Of a stretch of 64,000 nucleotides of DNA, positions 26,802 to 40,834 are shown piece after piece (position 1 is the first letter of the stretch; every line of letters starts with the position of its first letter). The notes under the pieces are model-generated. The model ran no database searches, was not told where the DNA came from, and saw nothing but the letters and a program-made list of their open reading frames with translations. Made by a program: the position numbers and the translations under genes. The DNA is from Hemiscyllium ocellatum (lineage: Eukaryota), in NCBI RefSeq assembly GCF_020745735.1, contig NC_083429.1:34081877-34145876 (forward strand), written 5' to 3'.

Positions 26802-27950
26802 TATAAAAGTTATTTGCTTTTGAGTGAAACGTGTTCTGTACGTTTTGGCTTGCAGAGAGATTTAGCCACAATGATGTTAGAATGTGTGCCTCAGATGGGC
26901 ACTTAATATCAGCCTTTGAAGTCTCATTTGGTGTATTTTGTTATTGAGACAAAAGGAGCATGAATAGGTAATGTCAGGCTCTCTCAGATACAGTGGTGTT
27001 TAATTTTGCTTTCAGTTGGTTAATGAGAAGGTTTGGGCTGATACTGAACTAAATGGTTGAGTTCCAAGCTGGGAGAGTGAAGTCTTAGATGTGAGGTTTC
27101 TTCTTAAAACTCCAGAGGGGCATGTTGTTGCTTTCTTCTGGACTGGAGAGAGGCAGCATTAAAGATCCAGAATCTTTTTGGTAAATTCAACTTTGCCAAA
27201 AGCTGTATTTATAGGATGGTGCGGATATTAGAACAGCTGAGGATTTGTTGTTACATTCCAAGATAACGTCTTATTTATTTCAACAGCATTAGTTATGCCA
27301 ATTCTTTTCATTTGTATTTAAACTATGTTATAAGAATAAAGTTCTGCTTTAAACTTAGTGGTTGACCAAACAAATTTTATCTGAAACACAGTGCTTTCTA
27401 CTTGCCTTTGAATAAGTATAAAAGTTAGGGTCTACTTATCTCTGCACTGCATTTTTTTGTGAATTCCAGTTTGGGTTTCGGAATATTGGACCAAAAGATA
27501 CTGAGTAGTGAGAGTTGCAGTCGGTGAAAATAAGGTGTGCCATATGTACTAATGACTCTTTCAGTGGCTGAGAGTTCCTGGACGTGGATGAAGTAACTTG
27601 GTTTGGTTTACAGAGTATGAGTAAGGTGAACGATTTAGAATTGGCAAGAAAGCTTATGTTGGAGTTGCTTATATCTGTGAGTTAAAGGAAGATAATTGTA
27701 GCAAGAGCTCAGTAGTTCCAATTGCCAGGAATGCAATTGCAATTATTAGAAATGTCTAAATATCAATAGCAAATAAAACAAATTGAATTGTAGGAAATGG
27801 CAAAGTAGTAGAAGGAGTGACAAAAGCAAAAGAAAGAGAAATAATTACAGCAAAACAAAGAGCAAAAGAATGAAATCAGCTTGAAAATGAAAAGGAAATG
27901 AAAGAATTTGGGTTCAGATTAAAAACAGAAGATGTCAAGTGAAAAAGAAG
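26802..27950 (+). mobile_element. Array unit 3: LTR (3' end and PBS deleted at ~27462) and gag stub from 27552
   Basis: Homology to the other units; AATAAA at 27335. Confidence 0.75.
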
Positions 27951-29927
27951 AAATCGCTGAGTGAAGAAGGAAAATGAAATACTGAGTGAGGAAGAGTGTG
28001 ATGCCATGCGAAGGAAGAGATTGGTAAGACAAGTCAAGAGGAAAGTAGGTTGGCGAGAGAAGATGTTGAGTGAAGATGTCAAGCAAGCCCATGAGTGAAT
28101 GGGGAGAGATGGCAAGTAAAGAGGAATGTGACGCTATGGAAACAGGATGAGCAACATGTGATGAGGGAAAAATCAGATGCCAATTGGAGGGCGAGACACA
28201 ATGTGAAAGGCGAGACACTGAGCAAAGGAGGCGAATGAAATGAGAAATGAAAGGGCAGGACAAGACACTGACGGAGGAAAGGGACAGGCCGAGTGAAGGA
28301 TCACAGTGAGACACAGAGAAAGAATAGGGTGAGATGTTGAGTGACAGAGGAGAGTGAGATGCCATAGGAAAGGAAGGAGTGAGTTGCTGATTGAAGGTGA
28401 ATGAAGAGGGAGAGTGAGGTATCGAGTCAAGTGGGAGAGGAAGATGTGAAGTGATGGAGAGGAAAGCGTTGAATGAGGGGTTACTTGAGATACTGACTGA
28501 TGGAGAATGAATAATCAGGTGAGGGAAACTGAGACATCGAGTGAAGGATAGGAAGACTCCGACTGAAGGAAGAGAGTGAAATACGGAGTGAAGGAGGGAG
28601 TGAGATGCCGAGTCAACAGGAAAGTGAGTAGCCAAGTGAATAGAGAGCGTGAGATGCGGAGTGAAGGGGAGACTGAGAAACTGAGTGAATGAAGATAGCA
28701 AGACGTTGAGTGAAGTGGCTAGTATGATACTGAGGGTTGAAGGGGAACAAGATGTCATAAGGAGAGCGAAGCACCGAGAGAGAAGGGAGAACGATATAGT
28801 GAGTGAAGTGGAAGCAAAGGCTATGAAGTGTAAGAGAGGAAACCACTGAATGAGGTTACGTGAGATGCTGAGTGACAAAAAGTGACTCACTGGGTGAAAG
28901 ACAACAAGAGACCAAATAAGACGCACGGTGATGGATTGCAAGATACCAAGTGAAGGAGAAGACCGAGACACAGAATGAATTAGGCAGTGAAGTGCCCAGT
29001 CAACAAAATTGAGATATATGTGGTTGAGATTGAGAAGGAGAGTCAAGAGGAAAATAAATCACCAAGTGAACAGAGAGAGTAAGACGCAGAGTAATGGGGT
29101 TACTGAGATCCGGAGTGCCAAGATTGAGTAATGGAATGAAGTGGAGATTATGACACTGAGTGACCAAGGTAACCAAGATGGCATAAGAAGAGGAAAGTTA
29201 AATGTTGATTGAAGGAGAGAGAAATGCCGAGTAAGGAGGGAGTGCGAGATACTGAGTAAAGTTGGAGAATGAGAAGTGAAGGAGATCAAAATGCTGAATG
29301 AAGGGGTTACGTGAGATGCTGAGTGACGGAATCTGACCAACTGGGTGAAGGAAAGTGAGACACTGAGTGAAGGCGAAAGTGAGATGCAGAGTGAAGGCGA
29401 GGAAGATAATGAGTGAAGGAAGAGAGGGAGACACAGCGAAGAGGTCGTGAGATGTGAAGTGAAGAGACAAGGTATATGTAGGATGAGAGAAGAAGAATCA
29501 AGAGGAAAATGCATCACCAAGTGAAGAGAGAGTAAGTCTCCGAGTGTAGGGGAGACTGAGATACTGAGTGAAAGCCGAGAGCAAGGCGATGAGTGAAAGG
29601 CAGAATGTGACACGGAGAGGGAGAGCACATTGCCATTAGAAGGAGTAGATGAAGTGCTGAATAAAGGAGAACAAGACGCCAAGGGAAAAGGGAGAACAAG
29701 ATACTAAGGGACAGAGAAGGGCAAATGATGTGATAAAGTGGGGATTGGGGTCGTGACAGATGGAGAATGACACACCGTGCAAAGCAGGGATTGAGCTACT
29801 GAGTGAAGGAGAATGAGTCACTGAGTGAACGATGAAGTGAGGTGCAGAGTGAAGGAGAGCAAGATACTGAGTGAAGGAAGAGAGCCTTTATTTATGGAGT
29901 GAAGAAGATTATGAAATGCTGCGTGAA

Positions 29928-30555
29928 GGTGTTTAATTTTGATTTCATTTGGTTAGTGAGAAGGCTTCTGCTATTGAAGTAAATGATTGAGTTCCAATCT
30001 GCTAGAGTGATATCTTAGATGAGAGGTTTCTTTTTAAAATCCAAAGAGGCTTGTTGTTTCTTCTAGTCTAGAGAGAGGCAACATGTGAGATTCAGAAGTG
30101 TTTTGATAAACACATTTTTTCAAAAGCATTGTTTACAGGATGCTGTCCATATTAGAACAGCTGAGGGTTATTTGTCTTATTTTAATAGAGTTAGTTATGC
30201 AGTTCTTCTTTTCATTGGTATTTTAACTATGTTGTAAAAATAACGTGTGTTTTGCTTTAAACCTAGTAGTGGACCAATTGAATTTCACCTGAAACACAGT
30301 GCCTTCAACTTGCCTTTAAGTAATTGTAAAAGTTAGGTCTGGCCTATCTCCTCAGTACATTTTTTTTGTGAAGATGGGAGTGTCTTGTCTGGTCCACAAC
30401 GAAGTTGATGATTTGTCCAGGATGGAAATCTCACATTCCAGTTTGAGTTTAGGAATATTGGACCAAAAGATAATGAGTAGTGAAAGTTGGTGTTCTCTTT
30501 TCAACTCTAGCAATGAATTGGTCAAAATAGGGTGTGTCTTGTGTAATAATGAAGT
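29928..30555 (+). mobile_element. Array unit 4: 5'-truncated LTR, PBS 30406-30423 and leader; a further gag stub lies at ~31605-31830
   Basis: Homology to the other units. Confidence 0.72.
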
Positions 30556-32194
30556 TTAATGAGACACCTTGCAAAGGAAGAGAGTGCTAAGACAAGTCGA
30601 GAGGAAAGTGAGTTGGCAAGAGAAGACGTCGAGTGAAGAAGTCGAGCAAGCCCATGAATGAATAGGGAGACAGAGGTCGAAAGGAAAGAGAATGTGTCAT
30701 GAGGGGAACAGGTCGAGCAAGATGCCATGAGGACGGAACAATGAAACGCTGATTGAAGGAGAACGAGACACCATGTGAAAGGCGAGAGCTAGACACTGAG
30801 TGAAGGAAGAGAATGAAATGAAAAGTGAAATAACAGGTCAAGATACTGACTGAAGGAGGAAAAGGAAAGGATGAGTAATAGTGCACAGCAAAACACTGAG
30901 AGAAGGAAGAGGGTGAGATTTTGACAGATGGAGGAGAGCGAGATGCAGAAGGAAAGGAAGGAGTGAGTTGATTTTAGGAGAGCAAAATACAGCAAAGAGG
31001 GAGAGCAAGGTACCGAATGAAATGAAAGAGGAAGATATAAAGTGAAGGAGAGGAAAACATTGAATGCAGGGATTACGTGAGATGGTGATGGATGGAGACT
31101 GACTAACCAGGTGAAGGAAAGCAAGACACTGAGTGAAGGAGAGAGTGAGATGCCAAGTGAATGATAGCAAGAAGCCGAGTGAAGGAAGAAAGTGAGTGAC
31201 GGAGGGAGTGAGATCCTGAGTGAAGAGGAAAGTGAGTTGCCAGGTGAATAGAGACTGCAAGATGCTGAATGAAGGTGGGTCTGAGAAACGGAGTAAATGA
31301 AGATAGCAAGATGTTGAGTGAAGTGGGGAGTGTGAGAATGAACGTAGAAAAAGACCAAGATGTCATAAGGAGAGCAAAACACCAACGGAGGAGGGAGAAA
31401 TAGATACTGAGTGAAGTGGGAGAGAAGGTTGTGATGTGTAGGAGAGGAAACTGCTGAATTAAGGGGTTACGTGAGATGCTTAGTGACAGAAAGTGACCAA
31501 CCAGGTGAAGGAAAGCGTGACACTGAGTGAAGGAGGGAGTGAGATGCAGAATGAAGGCGAGGAAGATATCATGTGACAGAAGAGAGTGAGACACAGAGGA
31601 AATGAAGGCATGGAATTACAATTATTAGAAATGTCTAAAATTCAATTGTAAATGAAGTAGCCTGAAATACAGTGAATGGCAAAGGAGAAAGAAGGAGAGC
31701 CCAAAGCAAAAGAGAGCAAGATAGGGATATTTGCCACAGAACAAAGAGCAAGATAATTAGATTCAAAATGAAAAGGAAATGAAACAGTTTGAAGTAAGTT
31801 TAAAAGCGGAGCTTATCAAGTGAAGGAGAATAAATTGTGAAATGAAGAAGGAAACTAAAATGCTGAGTGATAGTGAGATGCCATGCGAAGGAGGAAAGTG
31901 AGAAGACAATTAAAGAGGAAAGTGAGTTACAGTGAGAAAATGTCGACTGACGAGGTTGTGCGAAAAAATTGGTGGAGAGAGATGGCAAGCAAAGAAAAAT
32001 GTGACGCACAGGGAACAGGGCGAGCAATATGCCATGAGAAAGGGAAAATGAGATGCCAATTGAAGGAGAGCATGATGTGGAGTGGAGTAGGAGAGTGTGA
32101 TATGAGTGTAGCAGAAGAAATCTTCAAGTGAAGGATAGCAAAATGCTGAATGAAAGGGGATAATAAGATGCTGACTTTAGGAGATTGAGATGCT

Positions 32195-32371
32195 ATGCGA
32201 AGGAGGAGAGTGAACTCAAATAGAGAGCACAAAACACTGGGTGAAGTGTCTGTGTAAAGAAGATTGAGACAACATGCGAAGGAGGAGAGTGAACTCAAAT
32301 AGAGAGCACAAAACACTGGGTGAAGTGTCTGTGTAAAGAAGATTGAGACAACATGCGAAGGAGGAGAGTGA
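32195..32371 (+). repeat. Perfect 79 bp tandem duplication
   Basis: Unit starts at 32195, 32274 and 32353 (third copy partial). Confidence 0.9.
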
Positions 32372-34504
32372 GAGGATGAATCAAGAAGAAAGTGAGTCGT
32401 GAAGTGAATAGATGCCAAGTGTAGTGGAGATTGAGATATGGAGTGAAGGAGAATAGCAAGTGAAGGTGATGAGTGAGGCTCAGACTGAATGAGCAGAGGC
32501 AGGTATTCAGAGAAGACGAGTGAGATATCGAGAGAAGTGGTAGAGCAAGACCACAGGTGATGGGTGAATTGTGACACCGAGAGAATGGAGAGTGTGACTC
32601 GAGATAACAGGGAGAGCAAGATGCCGTGAGATGGCAAAGATGAGATGCTGATTGATGGAGTGCGATACAGCATGTGAAAGGGGAGAATGAGATACTGAGA
32701 AAAGGAGAAGTGAAAGGGCAGGGAAAGACACAGAGAAGGATGAAAATGAAAGCCTGAAAGGGCACAGCGAGGCATTGAGAGTAGGAAGTGGGTGAGATGT
32801 TGAGTGATGGAGGAGAGTGAGATGCGAAAAGAAAGTAACAAGTGAGTTGCCGATGTAAGGAGAGCAAAACACCAAGCGACAAGGGTGAGCGAGATACCGA
32901 GGGATGTGGGAGAGCAAGTCGTGAAGCAAAAGCAAAATATTGAATAAAGGAGCACGTGAGATGCTGTGTGAAGAAGAGTGACTAACCGGTTGAGGGAAAG
33001 CAAGACACAGTGAAGGAGAGAGATCATAAATGAAGCATGGCAAGACACTGAGTGAAGGAAGAGAGTGAGGAGGGAGTGAAATGCCGAGTGAAAGAGTATG
33101 AGATATGTGTTGGATGAAAGTGAGATGAGTCAAGAGAAAAGTGAGTTTCAGTGTGACTCGAGCGCAACATGAGAAGTGAAGGAGAGACTAAGAAACCAAG
33201 TAAAGGAGGATAGCAAGACATTGACTGAAGTAGAGAGTATGACAGTGAGTGAACAAAGAGAGCAAAGTGTCATGCGAAGTGGAAGTGAAATGTCAATCCA
33301 AGAAGAAAGGTGGAGCAGAGAGTTAGAGTGAGATCCTGAGTGAAGGAGGATAGCAAGGCATTCACTGAAGAGTAGAGTGTGACACTGACTGAACAAGGAG
33401 AGCAAGATGTCATAAGAAGAAGTGGAGATGCCGATTGAAGGAGAATGATGCACCGAGTGAGGAAAGGAAACCATATATGGAAAGTAGTGGGGGTGCAATA
33501 TATGAAATGCAGGAGAGCAAAATGCTGATTGAAGGGGTTATGTGAGATACCGAGTGAAGGAAAGTGAGACACCGAGTGAGTGACAGAGTGAGATGCAGAG
33601 TGAAGGAGAGCAAGATACCAAATAAAGGAAGAGAGTGATACACCATTGTCGCAATATTTCTTTGCAAGGGAAACAGGAGAAAATATTTCTCACTTTATAG
33701 CACAGAACTGTTCCACTCTCCGCTTTCACTCAATATCCCACTATTCTCATTTACTCTATTTCAGTCTCCTCTTCTCTCAGTGTCTTGCGCTCTCTATTCA
33801 CTTGGTTTCTTACTTTCCTTTTGACTTGTCTCCTCACTTTTCTATTATGCATGGCATGAAGGTAGTGAGATGCCTCATGATTGAGAATGAGATATATGTA
33901 GGGTGAGAGTGAGAAGAGTCGAGGAAAATGAATCGCTAAGCGTAGAGAAAGTAAGTCACCGAGTGAAGGGAAGACTAAGATACTAAGCGAAAGAGGATGG
34001 AAAGACAAAGATTAAAGGGGAGAGTGAGGAGAGAGAGCAAGAGAAGAACTAAGTGTGAATCCGAATGAAAGACAGCAGGATGCCAAAGGAAAGAGGAAAG
34101 TGAGACACCAAGCAAGGGAGTAGGGTGAGATGTTGAGAGAAAGTGGAGATTGAGGTACTGAGTAATGGGGAGTAATACACCATGTGAACCAGGGAGTGAG
34201 CTACTGTGTGAAGGACAATGAGACACCGAGTGAGGGAGGGAGTGAGATACCATGCAAAGAAAAGCAAGCTATCGAGTGTAGGAGGGAGTGAGGTGTCGAG
34301 TAATGCAGAGTGAGAGCTCGAGTGGAGAATGGAGTGAAATATCAAGTGAAAGAGAACGAGATGCTATGTGAAATGGGAGAGTGAGGAGACAAGTCAAAAA
34401 GAAAGTGAGTCTCCAACTGAATAGAGAGCACAAGACACCGAGAGAAGGGGAGATTGAAATACAGAAGGAAGGAGAAAAGTAAGACATTCAGTGAATGTGG
34501 AGAG

Positions 34505-35660
34505 CGCAACATTTCTCTGGTTTAAAGCAAGATGTGTTCTGTCCTGTTTCCCTTGCAGAGAAATATTGCCACAATGTTGTTAGAATGGCTCCTTCAAACA
34601 CGCAATTGATATCAGCGATTGACATCTCCTTGGGTGTTTTATGTGAATGAGTCAATAGTTGCATTAGTGGGCGTGACAGCGCTCTCACACACCCAGAAAG
34701 ATTTTTAGTTTTACTTTCAGTTAGTGAAAAGGTTTCTGCTGCTACAGAGCTAAATGTTTGAGTTTTAAGCTGCCAGAATAAATTCTTTGATGAGAGATTT
34801 CCTCTTAAAAATCCAAAGGGGCATGTTGTTGCTTTCTCTGGCTTGGCGATATCAGTACATGAGAATGAGAATTGTTTTGCAATATGCAAAGGCTGTGTAT
34901 ATTAGGGTGCAGCAGATATTAGAACAGCTGAGCATTAGTGATTAAGTAAGCCATTATCTTGCTCTGTATTTCAGTAGAGTTAGTTATGCTAATTCTTTTC
35001 ATTTGTATTTTAACTATAATTGTAAAAATAAAGTTTTTTTTGCTTTAAGCTTAGTGGTGGACCAATTGAATTCCACCAGAAACAAAGAGCCTTTACGTGC
35101 CTCTAAATAAGTGGAATCGTTCGGGGTCTAGTCTATCTCCTCACTATATTATTTTTGTGAAGGTAGGGGAGGTCATATCTGTTCCATAATAAAATCGGTG
35201 ATTTGTCCAGGATTTAAATCTCTGATTCCAGTTTGGATTTAAGAATGTTGGGCTGAAAGGTAGTGGGTAGTGAGAGTTGGTGGTCTCTTTTCAAGTGTTG
35301 CAATCAGTTGGTGAAACTAGGGTGTGCCTTGTGTGATGAAGACTCTTTCAGTGGTCCAGAGTTCCTGGGTATGGAAGGAGTCACTTGGGTTGTTTTATTG
35401 AAGGTGAGTAATGCAAAGGTTTTGGAATTGGCAGCGTTGGTGGTTTACAGAAGGTGAGTAAGACGAAGGTTTTGGAATTGGGAGGCAAGCTGACATTGGA
35501 GTTGCCTGTGTCCATGAGTAAAAGAGAGATATTTGTAGCAAGAGCTCAGTATTTCCAATTGCCAGGAATGGAATTGCAATTATTAGAAATGCCTAAAATG
35601 CAATAGTAAATGAAACAGCTTGAATTAGAGGGAATGGCAAAGGAGAAAAAAAAAAGAGGC
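34505..35660 (+). mobile_element. Array unit 5: full LTR 34505-35191, PBS ~35196, gag stub with an internal ~55 bp duplication
   Basis: Homology; ORF 35263-35457 contains the gag-like FLGMEGVTW..KVSNAKVLELA. Confidence 0.75.
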
Positions 35661-37088
35661 AAAAGAGTGGGCAATTGATCAGCCCAATCAACAGAACAGT
35701 CAGTTGCCGAAAGAAAATGTCGAGAGAAGATATTGTGCAAGACCACGAGTGAATGGGAAAGCAAGGTGGCTAGTAAAGAGGATTTTGACACAAAGGGAAC
35801 AGGGTGAGCAAGATGCCATGAAAAGGTCAGAACGAGGCACCAATTGAAGAACGAGATGCGAGTGAAGTGGGAAAGTGAGATACCAAGTGAAGTAACAGGA
35901 CAAAGGTTCAATTGAAGGAAACCATAATGCTGAGGGAAGTGAGAACGGCTGACTGTAGGAGTTTGAGATGCTAAGTGAAGGAGGAGAGTGAGAACTCAAG
36001 GCAAGAGGGAAGTGAGTGGCTGGTTGAATGGAGAGAGCAAGATACCAAATGATTGAAGTACTGAGCAGTGGACAGTGAGACACATTCTAAGGGGGAGAGT
36101 GAGTCGAGAAGAAAGTGAGTCACCAAGTGAATAGAGATGGCAAGATACCAAATGAAGGAGGATAGCAAGTTGTTGAGTTAAAGTGAGACTATGACACTGA
36201 CTGAACAAGAAGCACAATATGCCATAAGAGGACAGTGGGATGCGAATTGAAGGACAGAAAACGATATAAAATTTATGAAGTGGAAGAGCAAAATGTGAAG
36301 TGCAAGAGAGCAGAACTTTGATTGACAGGTTACATGAGATGCTGAGTGACGGAAAGTTACTATTTAGGTGAAAGAAAGTGAGACACAGAGTGAAGGAAGA
36401 AGTGAGATGAGGAGTCAAAGAGACCAAGATTCTGAATGAAGGAAGAATGCAAGACACAGAGTGAAGGAGTTAGTGAGATGCTGAGTGCCAGAGTAGGAAA
36501 TAATTGTATGATGAGGATAAGAAGAGTAAAGAGGAAAATAAGTCACAAACTAAACAGACAGTAAGACGCTGAGTGAAAGAGGATAGGAAGATGATGAGTG
36601 AAAGGGAGAGTGTGACACTGAGTGGAGAGGAGAACAAAATGCCATGAGAAGGAGTAAATGAAATGCTGAATGAAAGAGAGCAAGACACTGAGGAAAGGAT
36701 GGGAGTGAGATGTTAATAGAAGGTAGAGATTGAGGTAATGTGTGAAGCAGAGTGACATGCCACTTGAAACAGGCAGTGAGCTACTGTGTGAATGAGACAC
36801 TGAGTGAGGGAGGAGTGAGATCCCAAATAGATGAGAGCAAGATACTGAGTGAAGGAGGGAGCGAGATGCCGAATAATGGAGAGCAAGATCCTGAGTGAAG
36901 GACAAAGTGAAATACCAAGTGAGATGCCTTGCAAAGTAGGACAGTGAGGAGACAAGTCAAAAAAAAAGGGAGACCAAGTGAATAGAGAGCACGAGATGCC
37001 GAGAAATGGGAGATTGAAATACAGAGTGAAGGAGAACAGTGAACGTTAAGTGAACGTGGTGAGTGAGACGTCAGGTGTACATGGAGAG

Positions 37089-38324
37089 TGTAACAGTGCT
37101 GTGCTTTTAAGCGAGTTACGTTCTGTCCTTTTTCTCTTGCAGAGTTATTGCCACAATGGTGTTGGAATGTCTCCTTTAGACAGGCAGTTGACATCAGCCT
37201 TTGAACTGTCCTTCGGTGTTTTTGTTTTGTAAATGAGACAGAAGTAGCATGAGTGGACAGGGTCAAGGTTCCTACAGATCCAAAAGGTTTCTTAGTTTTG
37301 CTTTCAGATGGTTAGTGAGGTTAGAAGGTTTCAGCTGCTCCTGAGCTAAATGTTTGAGTTTCAAGCTGCTACAATGATGTCTTAGACGAGAGGATCCCTC
37401 TGAAAAGTCCGAAGGGGTGTGTTGTTGTTTTCTTCTGGACTGGAGAGGCAGCACGTGAGATCCACAACTGTTTTGCTCAATGCAATGTTGTCAAAGGTTG
37501 TAATTATAGTAGAACAGCTGAGGATTTGTGGTTAAATAAGATGTTATCTTGATCTGTATTTCAATAGAGTTAGTAACACCAGTTTTTCTTTTCATTTGTA
37601 TTTTAACAATGTTGTAAGAATGAAGTGTGTTTTGCTTTAAGCCTAGTGGTGGGCCAGTAGAATTATATCCAAAACACAATACCTTCCACTTGCCTTTAAA
37701 TAAATATAAAAGGGTCTAGCCTATATCCTTATTACATTTATTTGAAGATGGGGGTGTCTCGTTTGTTCCACAGCGAAATTGGTGATTTGCCCAGGATGGA
37801 AATCTCTGATTCCAGTTTGTGTTTCGAATATTGAACCGAGCGATAGTGAGTAGTGAGAGTTGGGTATTCTGTTTTAAGTGTCACAATGAATTGGTGAACA
37901 TAGAGTATGCCTTGTATAATAACGTCCCTTTCAGTGTCTAAGAGTGCCTGTGTGTGGAAAAAAATCACTTGGGGTGATTTACAGTAGGTGAGTAAGGTGC
38001 AGGTTTTGGAAAAGGCAAGCAAGTTGATGTTGGAGTTGCCTGTGTCTGTGAGGAAATCAGAGATAATTGCAGCAAGAACTGAGTATTTACAATTACCTGG
38101 AATGGAATTGCAATTATTAGAAATGTTTAAAATTCACTATCAAATGAAGCAACTTGAATTTGAGGGAGTTGCAAATGAACAAGAAGGAGTGGCAAAAGCA
38201 AAAGAGAGAGAACTGCAACATAATAAAGAGGAAAATAATTGAATTAAATCAGGTTGAAAATTAAAAGGAAATAATTTGAATTAAGATTAAAAGCAGAGAA
38301 CATCAAGTGAAGAAGAACAAATTG
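37089..38324 (+). mobile_element. Array unit 6: full LTR 37089-37775 (starts TGTAAC), PBS 37780-37797, gag stub (ORF 37988-38242)
   Basis: TG start, PBS TGGTGATTTGCCCAGGAT, coiled-coil gag-like peptide. Confidence 0.8.
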
Positions 38325-38412
38325 GGAGAAAGTGAGGACTGCAGATGCTGGAGATCAGAGCTGAAAAATGTGTTGATGGACTTGCTGCACTTTTCCAGCA
38401 ACACATTTTTCA
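38325..38412. mobile_element. 88 bp fold-back Penelope-terminus mini-insertion
   Basis: TSD AGAAGAACAAATTG (38311-24 / 38413-26); perfect 14 bp inverted arms 38362-75 / 38399-412. Confidence 0.75.
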
Positions 38413-40277
38413 AGAAGAACAAATTGCCAAGTGAAGGAAAATAGTATGCTGAGTGAAGCCAAGTGAGATGCCATATGAAGGAAGTGAGTGAGGAAAGCGA
38501 GTCGCTGATAGATGATGTCAAGGAAGACCAGGAGTGAATGGGGAGAGAGAACTGACAAGGAAAGGTGAATATGATGCAAAGGGAACAGGGAGAGCAAGCT
38601 GCAGGGAGAAGGGAATAGTGAGACACCGATTGAAGGAGAGTGAGAGGCATATGAAAGGGGAGAATAAGACACTGAGCGAAGATGAAGAAAGAAATGACGT
38701 GATAGGACAGGGCAAAACATTGAAAGAAGAAGTAAAATGAAAGACCGAGTGAAAGGACACAATGAGATACTGAGAGATGCTGAGTGATGGAGGAGAGCGA
38801 AATGCCAAATGAAAAGGAGTGAGTTCCCAATTGAGGGAGTGCGAAACATAGGATGAAGAGGGAAAGCCAGATATCAAGTGAATTGGAGAGCAAGAGGTGA
38901 GGTGAAGGTGAGCAAAACAGTGAATGACCCGTACATGAGATGCTGAGTAGGTGAGAGTGACTTATTGGTTGACGGAAAGTGAGACACCAGTGACGGAGGG
39001 AGTGAGGTGCCACGTGAAAGAGAACAAGATAAGTGTAGGTTGAGAGCAGATGATTCAAGAGGAAAGTGAGTTGCCAAGCGAATAGTGAGATGCTGAGTGA
39101 AGGAGGCTAGCAAGATGTTGAGTGAAGTGGGGAGTATGACATTGAGTGCAAAAGGAGAGCAAGATGTCATAAAAAGAAGAAAATGAGATGCTGATTGAAG
39201 GAGAGTAAGATGCCAATTGAAGGAGAGTGAAACGCTGAGCGAGGAGGGAGAGCGAGATACTGAGTGGAGTTGGAGAGCAAGAGAGAAAAGCACCGAATGA
39301 AGAGGTTGTGTTAGATGTTGAATGACAGAAAGTGACTAACCAGGTGACAGCGAGACAAGGAATGAAGGAGGGAGTAATATGCAGAGTGAAGGATAGCAAG
39401 ATACCAAGTGAAGGAAGAGAGATAATTATGGAGGGAAGGAGGGTGGAAGAGAGTGCTGAGTGAAAGAGAATGAGATGAGTGTAAGATGAAAGTGAGAAGA
39501 TGAGTCAAGAGGAAAGTAGGTCCCATGTGAATTGTGACCATGACTTGTTGAGTGAAGTGATTGAGATTCTGTGTGAAGGAGGATAGCAGGATGTTGAGGG
39601 AAGGAGACTGTTAGCCACCAAGGGAATACAGAGAACATGACGCCATAAGAAGAGGAAAGTGAGATGCCAATTGAAGGTGAGTGTAATGCCGAGTTTGGAA
39701 GGAGAGCGAAGTACTGAATGAAGTGGGAGAGCAAGACGTGAAGTGCAGAAGAGGAAACTGATGAATGAAGGGGTTAGGTGAGATGTTGAGTGACGGGCAG
39801 TGGTTAACCTGGTGAAGGAGGGAATGAGATGCAGAATGAAGGAGAGCAAGGTACTGAGTGAAGGAAGACCGTGAAACATGGAGTGAAGGAGGGAGTGAGA
39901 TGCCGTGCATGAATGAGAACGAGATATATGTTGGATGAGAGTAAGAGTCAAGAGGAGCATGAGTCACCAAGTGAATGGAGAGAGTAAGACGCCGAGTGAA
40001 GGAGAAAGAGACACTGAGTGAAGGAGGGAATGAAAGCAGAGTGAAGGATTGCAAGGTATCAAGTGAAGGGGGGGGAGTGAGGTGTTAAGTAACAAAGAGT
40101 GAAACTTTGAGTGCAGGATGGAGTGAAATAGCAAATGCAGACAAGTGAAACAACAAGAGAAATAGGAAAATGGAAAAACAATTCAAATGAAAAGTGAGTT
40201 GCCAATTGAATAGAGAGCGCAAGATGCCAAGTGAAGGGCAGATTGAAATACCGTGTAAAGGAGAATACTGAGTGAAG

Positions 40278-40568
40278 GAGGAACCTCGATTATCCGAATA
40301 CCAATTAAGCAAAAATTGGATTATCCAAAGGAGATCTCAAGGTCCCGATGGAAACATTACATCAAGGAGGTGTTTCCAAAAGTGATCACATCTTTTAGTT
40401 CCTGTTTAATTACTGGAAACATCTTCAAATGACTGTCTGCCCATCCTCTCCCTCTCCCCACAGACTTTCCCTGGAGTTCTGTACCCTAAACCCTCCTTCC
40501 CAACATAATCTCTCCAACATTGTCCTATATAGGGCAAAGGTGGAACCTGTCAAAGTTGGAGTAAAAGG

Positions 40569-40617
<49 letters not shown>

Positions 40618-40834
40618 GTGCTATTTGGAGACTTACCCCACAAAGGCAACTGCAGTAGTCTTGTTGGTGTCCACTCCAGCTGCCCGGAGAGGGGGCGGGT
40701 GTGTACGAGGTTGGGGTTCTGGTGGGACACGGGGTTGGAAGCAGGAGGGGGCGGTGGTGTTGGACAGAGTTTGGGGTGGGAGGGCGGTGTTGCATGGTGT
40801 TGGGGCAGGAGGCAATGATGGGGTTGATGAACAT
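40278..40834. mobile_element. Tc1/mariner (Tigger/pogo-like) non-autonomous fragment containing a (GT)n run at ~40570-40614
   Basis: Begins GAGGAACCTCGATTATCCGAA, like the MITE terminus at 41346. Confidence 0.55.
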
